Assembly: GCA_046704885.1 (NCBI GenBank)
Contig: JBJKRB010000082.1
Coordinates: 9,563-73,562 of the forward strand
Length of the DNA stretch: 64,000 nucleotides
From: Thermoanaerobaculia bacterium
GTDB lineage: Bacteria; Acidobacteriota; Thermoanaerobaculia; Multivoradales; JBJKRB01
Direction: 5' to 3'
The notes beneath the pieces were generated by a model, which ran no database searches, was not told the origin of the DNA, and worked only from the letters and a program-made list of their open reading frames with translations. Positions 46,789-56,100 of this stretch are shown here, piece after piece. A program made the translations under genes and the position numbers. Positions within the stretch are counted from its first letter, which is position 1. Each line of letters begins with the position of its first letter.

Positions 46789-47436
46789 TCAGATCAGACC
46801 GCCGCGTAGCGCTTTGCTCACCGCTTCCGATTTCGAATGGACGTGAAGCTTCTCGTAGATGGCGCGCACGTAGTTGCGCACCGTGTTGATCGATACCCCG
46901 AGCTCGTCGGCCGCGTTCTGGTAGCTGTGCCCCTCGGCAAGCAGGGCGAGCGTCGCACGCTCCTGGTGGCTCAAGTCCAATCCGGAGCGCGGCGTGGGGG
47001 CCACTCGTTGAAAGGCGCGAATGACCTTGCGGGCGATCTCCGGCGACATCGGAGCTCCCCCGGTATGCGCCTCATGGATCGCCTCCAGCAAGCGTCCCGG
47101 CGGCGTCTTCTTCAGGAGGTAGCCCGAAGCGCCATTGACAATCGATTGAAAGACCAGGTCCTCCTGCTCGTAGACCGTCAGCATGAGTACGATGCTCTCC
47201 GGGTAGCGCTCCTTGATCGGGACCACGCCATCCGGACCGGAGATTCCCGGCAGATGAACGTCGAGCAGGATCACGTCGGGCCGTCGCTTGGCGGGAATCG
47301 CCAAGGCCTCCTCCACCGCGCCCACTGAGCCAACGCAATCGTAACCGGCCGTCCCGGTGATCAATACCCTCAACGCATCGCGGGTGGGGCGATCGTCCTC
47401 CACCAGCAGCACGCCAATCGCTTCCGGTTCCATCAT
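46789..47436 (-). CDS. Two-component response regulator, NarL/FixJ (LuxR HTH) family
   Basis: REC domain (VLLVEDD...DVILLDVHLP) + LuxR HTH (LSHQERATLALLAEGHSYQNAADELGVSINTVRNY). Confidence 0.9.
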   Translation of the reverse strand: MMEPEAIGVLLVEDDRPTRDALRVLITGTAGYDCVGSVGAVEEALAIPAKRRPDVILLDVHLPGISGPDGVVPIKERYPESIVLMLTVYEQEDLVFQSIVNGASGYLLKKTPPGRLLEAIHEAHTGGAPMSPEIARKVIRAFQRVAPTPRSGLDLSHQERATLALLAEGHSYQNAADELGVSINTVRNYVRAIYEKLHVHSKSEAVSKALRGGLI

Positions 47437-47492
47437 CCCAACACCCCAGCGACTAGCCTAGACCACTCCCCTCGTGCTTGCAGAGAGCATGT

Positions 47493-50400
47493 TCATGCGC
47501 CTCGCCGGCTTCTTTGCCGCGCCAGAGGAATCGACAACGAGACGCGCGTTCCAGAGCCTTTCCGGCTGTCCACCGCCAGCTTTCCGCCCAGGATGCGGGC
47601 ACGCTCGTCCATGCTCGAAAGACCGTAACCCTGCCACGAGCTCGTGCGCTCGGCGATCTCCGCCGGATCGAATCCGCATCCATCGTCGCGTACCTCGGCG
47701 ACCAGGCGACGCCCGTTCCTCACCTCGATCTTGATGGATACGGAGGCCGGCCGGCCGTGGCGAATCGCGTTGTTGAGCGCCTCCTTCAAGATGAGCAGCA
47801 GATGCCGCCGCTTCTCCGTACCCAATCGGATCTCGGCGGCTCCTTGGGGAGCTTCGAGCCTCCAGTGTACGCCGGCCGATTCGCAGAGCTCGGAGCCGAA
47901 ACGACGCAAACGCGCCAGGAGACTGGCGAGATCGTCTCTACGCGGATCGATCGACCAGACCATATCGCTCGTCGCCTCCAGGAGGTCACGAGCCGAGCTC
48001 CCAATCTCCTCGAGACGGAGGCGCTGTCGCCGGCCCTCGGGCGTGAGCTCACGCTGAACGACCTCGCTCAAGATCGAAATCCGTGACAGCCCCGAACCGA
48101 GCTCATCGTGCAAATCGGTCGCGATTCGGGTACGCAGTCGCTCCGCCTCGAGCAGACGCTCCAAGCGAAGTCGATAGCCACCGTACGAGAGAGAGGCAAC
48201 CAACAGCGCCAAAGCCGCCAAGAACCAGCTGCGCCGCCACCAGGGAGGAGGTATCTCGAACGGCAGGCTCGCCAGCTGATCGCTAGTCTCTCCTTCCGCG
48301 TTGACCGCCCTCACCTCGAACCGGTAGGTGCCGGGTGCGAGCTCGGCGTAGGTGACGAGCCGGTTGCTGCTGGGCCGGCTCCACTGATCGACGAGCCCAA
48401 TCAAGCGATGCTGGTAGCGAAGGGTGTCTCCCGCTGCCAGGCAAGCCCCAACGTAACTCACCTCGATGTCCCGCTCCCCGGTGCCGAGGCGCACCAGTGA
48501 GGGGCGGGACCCCTCGATTGCATGGCGAACACCCCCTGCGGAAAAGCGCTCGAAATCGACTCGCGGCTCACACTGCGACCTCACCTTGCGCGGATCGAGG
48601 CGAGCCAGACCGTCCAGCGTCCCGAACCAGAGATATCCATTCGGGCCCCGTCGGCAGACCTCGACCGTTCCATTCGGCAGTCCGTCAGCCGTGCCCAGAT
48701 GCCGCACTCGGCCGCTGTCGGGATCGTAGCGGTCTACGCCGTTGCCCGTCCCAAAGTACAGAGACCCCTGCTCACCTTCGGCGATGCACCGAATGCGATT
48801 GCTTGCCAACCCTTGATTCTCCCCGAAGGCAACGAAGCTCGGATGGAGCGTATCGGCGTTTGTCACCCTCACGACTCCCAAGCTACTGGTTGCCACCCAT
48901 AGCCGATGGTCTCGATCGAGATGAAGATCCCAAACCAACCCCGCCTGCCGAGGCCAACCCGGTGCGGGCGCAAGGGCCCGAGTGGAGAACGAGTAGCGAA
49001 GAAGCTTTCCGCTGTAGGTCCCGATCCATAAAAAGCCTCTTCCATCGTCCAGCAACGCCGTCGCTGCATCGTGGTCGAGGAGCGTGCTCGCACCGGGTAC
49101 CTCGTGAGCGGTCTCCGAAGCCGGGTCGATGACCGCGAGCCCACCAGGCAAGTAGCTCGGGTTTATGGTTCCGACCCACACCCATCCGCGGTGGTCGATC
49201 GCCACGCGGAAGACGTGATCATCCGGCAGTCCTTCCGAAGAGGTGATGATCCGATATTCCCTTGGATGAGTGAAGTCGCTCAGGTTGACGATATTCCTAT
49301 AGTGAACGACTCCGGAAAAGGTTCCCAGCCACCAACTTCCCGGCCTGTCGCGAGCCAAGAGCTGATTCCAGCCCCAGCTGTCATGTTTCACTCCCCGTGG
49401 AAGAACCAGCGGAAAGGATTGAAAGCGGTGTCCATCGAAGCACGCGAGAAAGATGTTCGGCTTTCCGGCCATCTCGCAAGGTTCATTGTGGGGACCGAAG
49501 AATAGCTCCGCCTCGCGTTCAGCCGCGAGACCGTCCTCGGGGCCGTAGCTCGTGAGGCCATCGTCGGTTAGACGAATCAATCCTTGGCTCTCGGTTCCAA
49601 TCCACAAGTTCCCCACCGAATCGTGGGCCAGAGAAGATAAAGCAGTGGGGAGTCTGCCCTGGCCCATGCACTTCGACTCTCCATTCTTCACACTGCAAAG
49701 GCCCCGCGGGGTAGCCACCCAAAGCACCCCCCGGAGCTCCGTGAGACCGGTCAAACGCCACGCATGGTGGCCAGGGGGTAGCGGAATCGAGACTACGCGA
49801 GGGCGAAGAACCTGCTCGGGGGGCAACGCACGCCCACCTCCCTTTGCCTCCTCGACCCTGAGGAGTCGCCCGCCCGAGGCGGCGATCCAGAGATCGCCGT
49901 TCGGCGCAACGGTCATCATGCCGGTCCCCAATATCCGTGGTGCTCCCTGGCGGTGAAGCCGGACCCGCGCGAGATCACCATCTTGGAAGCGTCGAAAGAG
50001 CCCCCTCGAGGTGGAAATCCACACGGCTCCTCCTTTTCCGAGGGCGAGGTCGTAGATGGTCAACGGCGGGATGGACTCATTCTTCGCCGACGGAAACTTG
50101 ACCTCATGGAACTCCGAAACGGGCGCCCCCCGTCGGTGAACGAAGAGGAGTGTGGGCGACGCGGCCCAAAGGTTGCCATCCAGGTCGCTCCGTACAACGA
50201 TGATGTGGTTGCCAAGCCTACCGCCCGGCAGCGCCACCCGGTGCCACCGTCCTCGAATCCCGTGTTGTTTCAGGTCGAACCAACACAGCCCCCCACGCGT
50301 ACCGGCCCAAAGGCGCTTCACCGCGTCTTCTCGAATCGAGTCGACACCTGGATAGGGGAGCCCGTCCCGCATTCCATAGCTGCGAAACGTGACGCCGTCG

Positions 50401-50612
50401 AAGCGACTCACCCCTTCTTCCGTAGCTACCCAGAGAAAGCCCTGATCGTCCTGGGTAATGTCAGTGATCATGTCAGAGGCGAGCCCGTCCGCAGTGGTGA
50501 AGCGGTGCTCCGGCAAGCGGACGGCAAACACAGCGCTAGAGCTGACAAGCAACGACGCGATCGCGCCCACGACCGACAGAGTTCGCCGGAAACTCCCTGT
50601 CCAAGTGTCCAT
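47493..50612 (-). CDS. Sensor histidine kinase with periplasmic two-component-regulator beta-propeller (Reg_prop) repeats and Y_Y_Y domain, TM, HisKA_3 + HATPase_c
   Basis: Repeated W/G propeller blades; TM helix WFLAALALLVASL; H-box HDELGSGLSRISILSE; ATPase GYGLSSMDERARILGG. Start about 50612 (the annotated ORF extends to 50657). Confidence 0.85.
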   Translation of the reverse strand: MDTWTGSFRRTLSVVGAIASLLVSSSAVFAVRLPEHRFTTADGLASDMITDITQDDQGFLWVATEEGVSRFDGVTFRSYGMRDGLPYPGVDSIREDAVKRLWAGTRGGLCWFDLKQHGIRGRWHRVALPGGRLGNHIIVVRSDLDGNLWAASPTLLFVHRRGAPVSEFHEVKFPSAKNESIPPLTIYDLALGKGGAVWISTSRGLFRRFQDGDLARVRLHRQGAPRILGTGMMTVAPNGDLWIAASGGRLLRVEEAKGGGRALPPEQVLRPRVVSIPLPPGHHAWRLTGLTELRGVLWVATPRGLCSVKNGESKCMGQGRLPTALSSLAHDSVGNLWIGTESQGLIRLTDDGLTSYGPEDGLAAEREAELFFGPHNEPCEMAGKPNIFLACFDGHRFQSFPLVLPRGVKHDSWGWNQLLARDRPGSWWLGTFSGVVHYRNIVNLSDFTHPREYRIITSSEGLPDDHVFRVAIDHRGWVWVGTINPSYLPGGLAVIDPASETAHEVPGASTLLDHDAATALLDDGRGFLWIGTYSGKLLRYSFSTRALAPAPGWPRQAGLVWDLHLDRDHRLWVATSSLGVVRVTNADTLHPSFVAFGENQGLASNRIRCIAEGEQGSLYFGTGNGVDRYDPDSGRVRHLGTADGLPNGTVEVCRRGPNGYLWFGTLDGLARLDPRKVRSQCEPRVDFERFSAGGVRHAIEGSRPSLVRLGTGERDIEVSYVGACLAAGDTLRYQHRLIGLVDQWSRPSSNRLVTYAELAPGTYRFEVRAVNAEGETSDQLASLPFEIPPPWWRRSWFLAALALLVASLSYGGYRLRLERLLEAERLRTRIATDLHDELGSGLSRISILSEVVQRELTPEGRRQRLRLEEIGSSARDLLEATSDMVWSIDPRRDDLASLLARLRRFGSELCESAGVHWRLEAPQGAAEIRLGTEKRRHLLLILKEALNNAIRHGRPASVSIKIEVRNGRRLVAEVRDDGCGFDPAEIAERTSSWQGYGLSSMDERARILGGKLAVDSRKGSGTRVSLSIPLARQRSRRGA

Positions 50613-50715
50613 TGTGGCTCCGGGCCAATTCTCCCCCGTTTGCCACCCGAACGCCAACGCATGGCTCGCCCGATCGCCGGTTGAGCCCCCTTCCCATGCG
50701 ATAACCTCTCAGCCG

Positions 50716-51279
50716 ATGACCATCGGTGATCCCCTGATCGATCTCCTGCTGGAGCTCCAGACGCTCGACCGCGTGCCGCGCATGGGGTTCTTGCTTCGTG
50801 GCGTGGACGATCCGGAGAGCGTCAGCGAGCACTCGTTCCACGTCGCCTTTCTCGTCTGGTCGCTAGCGACGGAAATCTCCGGGGTGGATATAGCCCGCGC
50901 CATGGCCATGGCGCTCGTGCACGACCTGGCCGAGGTTCGGCTTGGCGATTTACCCAAGACCACGGCGAAGTTCCTTCCCTCGGCGACCAAGAGGGCGGCG
51001 GAAGCAGCGGTCTTCGAAGAGCTGACCGCCCCCTTGGGCGAGCGAGCCAGCGAGCTCTTGGCTGACTACCAGGAAGGAGCGTCCGTGGAAGCGCGGTTCG
51101 TCAAGGCTCTAGACAAGCTGGCGCTGATGATCAAGGCGGTGGCCTACGCGGAGTGGAAGACGGGATCTTTGGAAGAATTCTGGGACAACTCCGAGAATTT
51201 CCCGAGCGCCGGCTTCGCCCCGGTCGACCGCCTCTTTGCTCTGCTGCGTCAGCGCTCCGCGGCGCTCAAGAGACCTTGA
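50716..51279 (+). CDS. HD-domain 5'-deoxynucleotidase (YfbR-like)
   Basis: HSFHVAFL...ALVHDLAEVRLGD HD motifs; start at the internal ATG 50716. Confidence 0.75.
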   Translation: MTIGDPLIDLLLELQTLDRVPRMGFLLRGVDDPESVSEHSFHVAFLVWSLATEISGVDIARAMAMALVHDLAEVRLGDLPKTTAKFLPSATKRAAEAAVFEELTAPLGERASELLADYQEGASVEARFVKALDKLALMIKAVAYAEWKTGSLEEFWDNSENFPSAGFAPVDRLFALLRQRSAALKRP

Positions 51280-51802
51280 TTCCGCGCTTCGCCAGAGCCC
51301 TCTCGACTCGGAGAAAGAGGCTCTCCCCGAGCAGCGCTTGAGCCGAGCGGGTGACGTCACGGAGAACCACTCGAAGCCGCCGCGGCCCGCTCCAGTACTT
51401 TTCAGCGAAGGGCTCGAGGTCACCACCCAAAGCCTGGGTGAGAACGGCGCAGGCAATGACCAGGTCGTCCATGTAGCCCAAGGGACCCACCACCCCCTCT
51501 GGGAGAAGGTCGAAAGGGAGGATGAAGTAGGCGAGGGCTCCTACGATCAGGGCCCGCGTCGGCTTCGGCACCTCGCGGTCGAGAGAAAGGCGCACGAGAA
51601 GGATGAAGATGTCGGGCACCAGGAGCAGCGCCTCCACCGCTCCGGCACCTAATCGCCCTCCTCGGCGCTCGACGGCCTTCGTCACGCGCCGGCGCAGGCG
51701 ATCGTAGAAGCTCAGGAGGCCCGTGCTGGGGAGCTCTCGGGTCTGGAGCGCGGCGTCGGTGCGTTCTTCCGCGCCCGTTGTCAAATCACTCTCCTCCGCC
51801 AT
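51266..51802 (-). CDS. DUF1232 (YkvA-like) membrane protein
   Basis: ILPFDLLPEGVVGPLGYMDDLVIA motif; its 3' end overlaps the convergent HD gene by 14 nt. Confidence 0.65.
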   Translation of the reverse strand: MAEESDLTTGAEERTDAALQTRELPSTGLLSFYDRLRRRVTKAVERRGGRLGAGAVEALLLVPDIFILLVRLSLDREVPKPTRALIVGALAYFILPFDLLPEGVVGPLGYMDDLVIACAVLTQALGGDLEPFAEKYWSGPRRLRVVLRDVTRSAQALLGESLFLRVERALAKRGIKVS

Positions 51803-51920
51803 GCGTCCATTGTCCCATAGCCGGTTGAAATCCGATCGAACATCCAACCCTGGCGAACGCGAGCTTTCGCGTCAGGAAGAATGCTCGGACCCACTAACAA
51901 AGCATCTTGGAGCTCGCAGA

Positions 51921-53261
51921 TCAGAGAGCGGGTAGATATGCCGCCGCGGCGGCGAGAAGAGCACCGATGAGCGACTCGAGAAAGTTGGTCGCTTCGTGAT
52001 CGAGCAGGCCTCTATTGCCGAGAGTCGCGCCCACCAGGCTCTCGATGAGGGTGGCCACGAACCCCGCCAGGGTCAAGGGAATCACCGACATCCAGGGAAC
52101 GAAGCGAAGCGCGCCGGCGAGCCCCGCGACGACGAAGGCAGCCCCGAGACCCGCGCTCGTACCTTCGAGCGAAATGGCCCCCACAGTCCCGCGCGCAGCC
52201 CGGCGCAGCGTCGCGAGAAGCACCGTCCGACGCCCGAACGCTTGCCCGATCTCGGTGGCCACTGTGTCAGCAGCCACGGAAGCGAGCGCCCCCACGAAGG
52301 CGAGACGAAAGACGGCAGCGTGTGGCGTGATCAGAGCGAAGACGGCCGTCGCCGCGGGTACGGAGAGCTTCGCCAAAGCGTGTCGAGCCCGACGCCGCCC
52401 GCCATTCGCCTGGGCGACTCCCGCCACCTCCTTCTCGTGAGAGCCAATCGTGGTCGCACCGGAGGCAAGCACCACGAACGCCGCCATCAGCAGATAGCCC
52501 CTCCAGCTAGCCGCTGCCCAGATCAAAGCGCCAAAGAGAGATCCGCTCATCAAACCCGAGGCGGAGACCGCTCCCGCCGCGAGCGCGACGACGCCGAGCG
52601 CTACGCTCACCAGGAGTCCGATCGCGAGGCGACCCATGGCCATTTGCGAGCACAGCGCGGGCCAGCCGTTCGCCCCTTCGAGCAGACAGAAGAGGAAGAG
52701 GGCGGCAAGGAGCGGCACCGTGAGATTGTCGTCCAGGCGCTGAGGCTGCGATTCCACCCACGCCGCAAAGAGGGCTGTGAGGCTCGCCGCGGCGAGAAGA
52801 AACGGGGCATCGTACTTGCCGGGAGCCGTCCACCAAATCAGGGTGGCGGCTGCAAGCGCACCGGCAACCACAAAAACGGCGCTTCCCGCCCAGCTCTTGT
52901 CAGGGTTCCATGGTAGACGCGGCCCGATCCCCGCACCGCCAGCCAGCGCGGCGAGACCGTCCCCGAAAGCCACGATCCCCCACGCCGCCGCCGCGACTTC
53001 CGGTCGCCGCCAACAAGTCAGGATCAAGACCAGGATCGTCAGTGGGTAAAGGACGATGCCCGCCGCGAAGCCCTGTTCGGCTTCATGCCGGCGCCAGATC
53101 GCCCTTCCGCCGATGCGGGAGAGAAGAAAGAGATTGAACAGAAGGCCAGCGAGCGCGATGGCGGCGCCGCCGGGCCAACCCAGTGGTCGGATCAGAAAAG
53201 CGCCGGCGCCGAATGCGACGTGCCCCAGCTTGCGCACCAGCTCTGAACGCGACGGTCTCAC
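51921..53261 (-). CDS. Polytopic membrane protein: CTP-transferase-like (CdsA/dolichol-kinase-type KSWxGS motif) fused to DUF92/TMEM19-like domain
   Basis: PDKSWAGSAVFVVAGALAA motif; 446 aa; 10+ TM. Confidence 0.6.
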   Translation of the reverse strand: MRPSRSELVRKLGHVAFGAGAFLIRPLGWPGGAAIALAGLLFNLFLLSRIGGRAIWRRHEAEQGFAAGIVLYPLTILVLILTCWRRPEVAAAAWGIVAFGDGLAALAGGAGIGPRLPWNPDKSWAGSAVFVVAGALAAATLIWWTAPGKYDAPFLLAAASLTALFAAWVESQPQRLDDNLTVPLLAALFLFCLLEGANGWPALCSQMAMGRLAIGLLVSVALGVVALAAGAVSASGLMSGSLFGALIWAAASWRGYLLMAAFVVLASGATTIGSHEKEVAGVAQANGGRRRARHALAKLSVPAATAVFALITPHAAVFRLAFVGALASVAADTVATEIGQAFGRRTVLLATLRRAARGTVGAISLEGTSAGLGAAFVVAGLAGALRFVPWMSVIPLTLAGFVATLIESLVGATLGNRGLLDHEATNFLESLIGALLAAAAAYLPAL

Positions 53262-53288
53262 CTCGTCGTCCCTCGCCGGGGCGCGCGT

Positions 53289-54209
53289 TCAGCCCGCGGA
53301 GCTCGCTTCCTGTCGCTCCAGGGCCTCGCACCAGATGTCCTCCAGCGCCCGGTCGAGACCCTTCGTCGGGCACCAGCCAAGCGCGGCGAGACCAGCCGTG
53401 GACGCCGACAGCATGGCGACTTCCGCTGGCCGGTAGCGCTCCGGGTCGATCACTACTTCCGCCTCGACACCCGTGATTCGCAGCAACCGGTCCAACACCT
53501 CGCGGATCGACAGCGCCTTGCCGCTGCCCAGGTTATAGCAACGGCCGGGCGCACCTCGCTCGACGAGAACAGAATATCCCCGCACCGCGTCGTCGATGTG
53601 CAGAAAGTCACGCCGTGCTTCGAGATTCCCGACCTCGATCCGCGGCGGTCGCCGCCCAGCGGCGATCTCCGCCAACTGTGCGGCGAAGCTCGGAAGGGCG
53701 AAGCTCGGGTCCTGTCCGCGCCCGACGAGATTGAAACAACGCACGACGGTCGCGCCCGCCGCAAAGGCCAGTCGCTCGCCCGCGGCCTTGGTCAGAGCGT
53801 AAGGAGTCGCTGGCGCCACGACCCGATCCTCGACAATGGGCTGTTCGCCTTCGGGAACGGAGCCGTAAACCTCGGCGCTCGAGGCGAAGATGATCCGCCT
53901 GCCAGCAGCCGCCTTGAACAGATTGTCGCTACCCAGAACGTTGACGCGGAAGTAGACCGGCATCTGCCGCCACGACTCCCCGACATGGCTCAAACCGGCG
54001 AGATGCACCACGACCTCTGGATCGTAGTCCGCGACCAAGCGCGCCAGGCGCCCATCGTCGAGAAGATCGAGCTCGACCGCTTCGACGTCGAGGCCGGTCG
54101 GAGCCGCTCCGATGTAGGTGCCGCAAACCTGCGCCCCGCCCGCGACCAGGCGGCGGGCCAGGGCAGAGCCAACGAAGCCGGACACCCCGGTGATCAGTAC
54201 GCGTGGCAC
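53289..54209 (-). CDS. NAD-dependent epimerase/dehydratase (SDR extended family; Rmd/GDP-4-keto-6-deoxymannose-reductase-like)
   Basis: VLITGVSGFVGSAL Rossmann motif; YxxxK implied (YALTK). Confidence 0.8.
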   Translation of the reverse strand: MPRVLITGVSGFVGSALARRLVAGGAQVCGTYIGAAPTGLDVEAVELDLLDDGRLARLVADYDPEVVVHLAGLSHVGESWRQMPVYFRVNVLGSDNLFKAAAGRRIIFASSAEVYGSVPEGEQPIVEDRVVAPATPYALTKAAGERLAFAAGATVVRCFNLVGRGQDPSFALPSFAAQLAEIAAGRRPPRIEVGNLEARRDFLHIDDAVRGYSVLVERGAPGRCYNLGSGKALSIREVLDRLLRITGVEAEVVIDPERYRPAEVAMLSASTAGLAALGWCPTKGLDRALEDIWCEALERQEASSAG

Positions 54210-54235
54210 GAAAGATCTTCCACCCGGAGACGCGG

Positions 54236-55225
54236 CTAGGCACCCACCGTGCTCTTCTCGCCGGAGGTTCCGATCCGTTGGCGCCAGAAGTCGAGGAGAT
54301 CGGCGAGGGTCTGCTCGAGCGGAACCTGCGGCTCCCAGCCCGTGTCAGCGTGAAACTTCGAAGCGTCGCCAAGGAGCACCTCCACATCGGAGGGGCGTAG
54401 ACGAGCGGGATCGATCTCCACCGTAACCTCGACCGCGGCCAAGGCGATCAGACGGTCCAAGAGCTCGCGAATGGTCTGTCCCTTGCCGCTCGCGATGTTG
54501 TAGACCTCTCCCGGCCGTCCCTTCTGTGTCGCCAGCCAGTAGGCTCGAACCATGTCTCGTACGTCGGTGAAGTCCCGTATCGCATTGAGATTGCCAACGC
54601 GGATCACGGGCTCTTGGAGACCGGCCTCGATCGAAGCAATCTGCTTGGCGAAGTTCGAGGTCACGAAGACATCGCCACGGCGGGGCCCGGTGTGATTGAA
54701 ACCACGCGTGCGGATGGTCTTGAGCCCATAACTCTGGAAATACTGGTAGCCGAGGAGGTCCTGGGCTACCTTGGAAACCGCATACGGCGACAGGGGCCGC
54801 AACTGGTTGGTCTCCTTGATCGGAACCTCGTCGGGGAAAACCTTCCCATACTCCTCGCTGGAGCAAGCAATCTGGATCACGGGGTCGAGACCGAGGTCGC
54901 GAACCGCTTCGAAGAGGTTCGTCTCCGCCGTGATATTGGTCGTCAAGGTCTCGCTCGGCCCGCTCCAGCTCGATGGCACGAAGCTCTGGGCGGCGAGATG
55001 AAAAACAACCTCTGGCTTCGCGCGGGCCAGCATGCGGCGCACCGACGTCGGGTCTCGGAGATCACATTCGACCATCTCGACTCTACCCTCGACGTCCTGC
55101 ACGTTTTCACGCCGGCTACGCCAACGGTAGGTGCCATACACCTCGATGTCCGGATGCTCCTGCAAAAGGTACTCCGCCAGATGCGATCCGGCGAATCCCG
55201 TGATTCCGGTGATCAACGCTCTCAT
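54236..55225 (-). CDS. NDP-sugar 4,6-dehydratase, GDP-mannose 4,6-dehydratase-like
   Basis: ALITGITGFAGSHL; YAVSK catalytic; FNHTGPRRG resembling the Gmd NHESPRRG motif. The ATG overlaps the rmlD stop (ATGA); GGAGGA RBS. Confidence 0.75.
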   Translation of the reverse strand: MRALITGITGFAGSHLAEYLLQEHPDIEVYGTYRWRSRRENVQDVEGRVEMVECDLRDPTSVRRMLARAKPEVVFHLAAQSFVPSSWSGPSETLTTNITAETNLFEAVRDLGLDPVIQIACSSEEYGKVFPDEVPIKETNQLRPLSPYAVSKVAQDLLGYQYFQSYGLKTIRTRGFNHTGPRRGDVFVTSNFAKQIASIEAGLQEPVIRVGNLNAIRDFTDVRDMVRAYWLATQKGRPGEVYNIASGKGQTIRELLDRLIALAAVEVTVEIDPARLRPSDVEVLLGDASKFHADTGWEPQVPLEQTLADLLDFWRQRIGTSGEKSTVGA

Positions 55226-56079
55226 GATTTCCTCCAGTCTTCTTCGCTCTGCAAGTACTGGTCGAGCCCCCAGCCCCACGACTCGACGCGACGGCTCACG
55301 ATGGTTTCGAAACGATTCACGTCGAGCACCGAATAGGGCGGGCGAGACGCTGGGAGAGGATATTCCGAAGTGGGGATCGGCTCAACCTCCACCTTGCGAT
55401 CCACCAGGCCAGCGATCTCCCTGGCGAACTCGAACCAGGAGACGGGCTCCCGATTGCGGTAGTGAACGATCCCTTGAGCCCGTGCCGCCGCAAGGTCCCA
55501 AATCGCTCGGGCAAGAAACGGAGCGTACGTTGGGCACCCCACCTGATCGCTGACCACGCGAAGCCGCCCCCTCCCCGCCTTGATCGCTCCCACGATGGAG
55601 CGAACGAAGTTGTGGCCTCCGGCCCCGAATACCCAGCTAGTGCGAACTACCAAGCCACGCGAGTAGCCCAAGGCATGCTCTTCGCCCAAGACTTTGCTCT
55701 CTCCGTAGACCGACAGGGGAGCGAGCGGATCCTCTTCGCGATAGGGCCGCTCGCGATCCCCGCCAAAGACGTAGTCGCTCGACAGGTGAATCAGATCGGC
55801 ATCCACCGATCGAGCACAGGCAACGACGTTCTCCACCGCCTGACCGTTGATCGCCATCGCCTCGCTTCGGCGCTTCTCGCACGCGTCGACCGCGGTCAAG
55901 GCCGCGCAATTGATGATCAAGGCAGGGCGAAACTCCTCGGCGAAGCTCAGAGCCCGCTCCCCGTCCCTGATGTCCGCCTGGCCGTGCGCGAGTGCCAGCA
56001 CCGCGGCGTCGCGCCGGCGGCCGTGGACGGTCAGGGCCCTGCCCAGCATGCCCGTTCCGCCAAAAATCAGAGTTCGCAT
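55222..56079 (-). CDS. rmlD: dTDP-4-dehydrorhamnose reductase
   Basis: LIFGGTGMLGRAL; YGESK; RmlD length and pattern. Confidence 0.85.
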   Translation of the reverse strand: MRTLIFGGTGMLGRALTVHGRRRDAAVLALAHGQADIRDGERALSFAEEFRPALIINCAALTAVDACEKRRSEAMAINGQAVENVVACARSVDADLIHLSSDYVFGGDRERPYREEDPLAPLSVYGESKVLGEEHALGYSRGLVVRTSWVFGAGGHNFVRSIVGAIKAGRGRLRVVSDQVGCPTYAPFLARAIWDLAAARAQGIVHYRNREPVSWFEFAREIAGLVDRKVEVEPIPTSEYPLPASRPPYSVLDVNRFETIVSRRVESWGWGLDQYLQSEEDWRKS

Positions 56080-56100
56080 GGTCGATGTTCGGAGGTTCCC

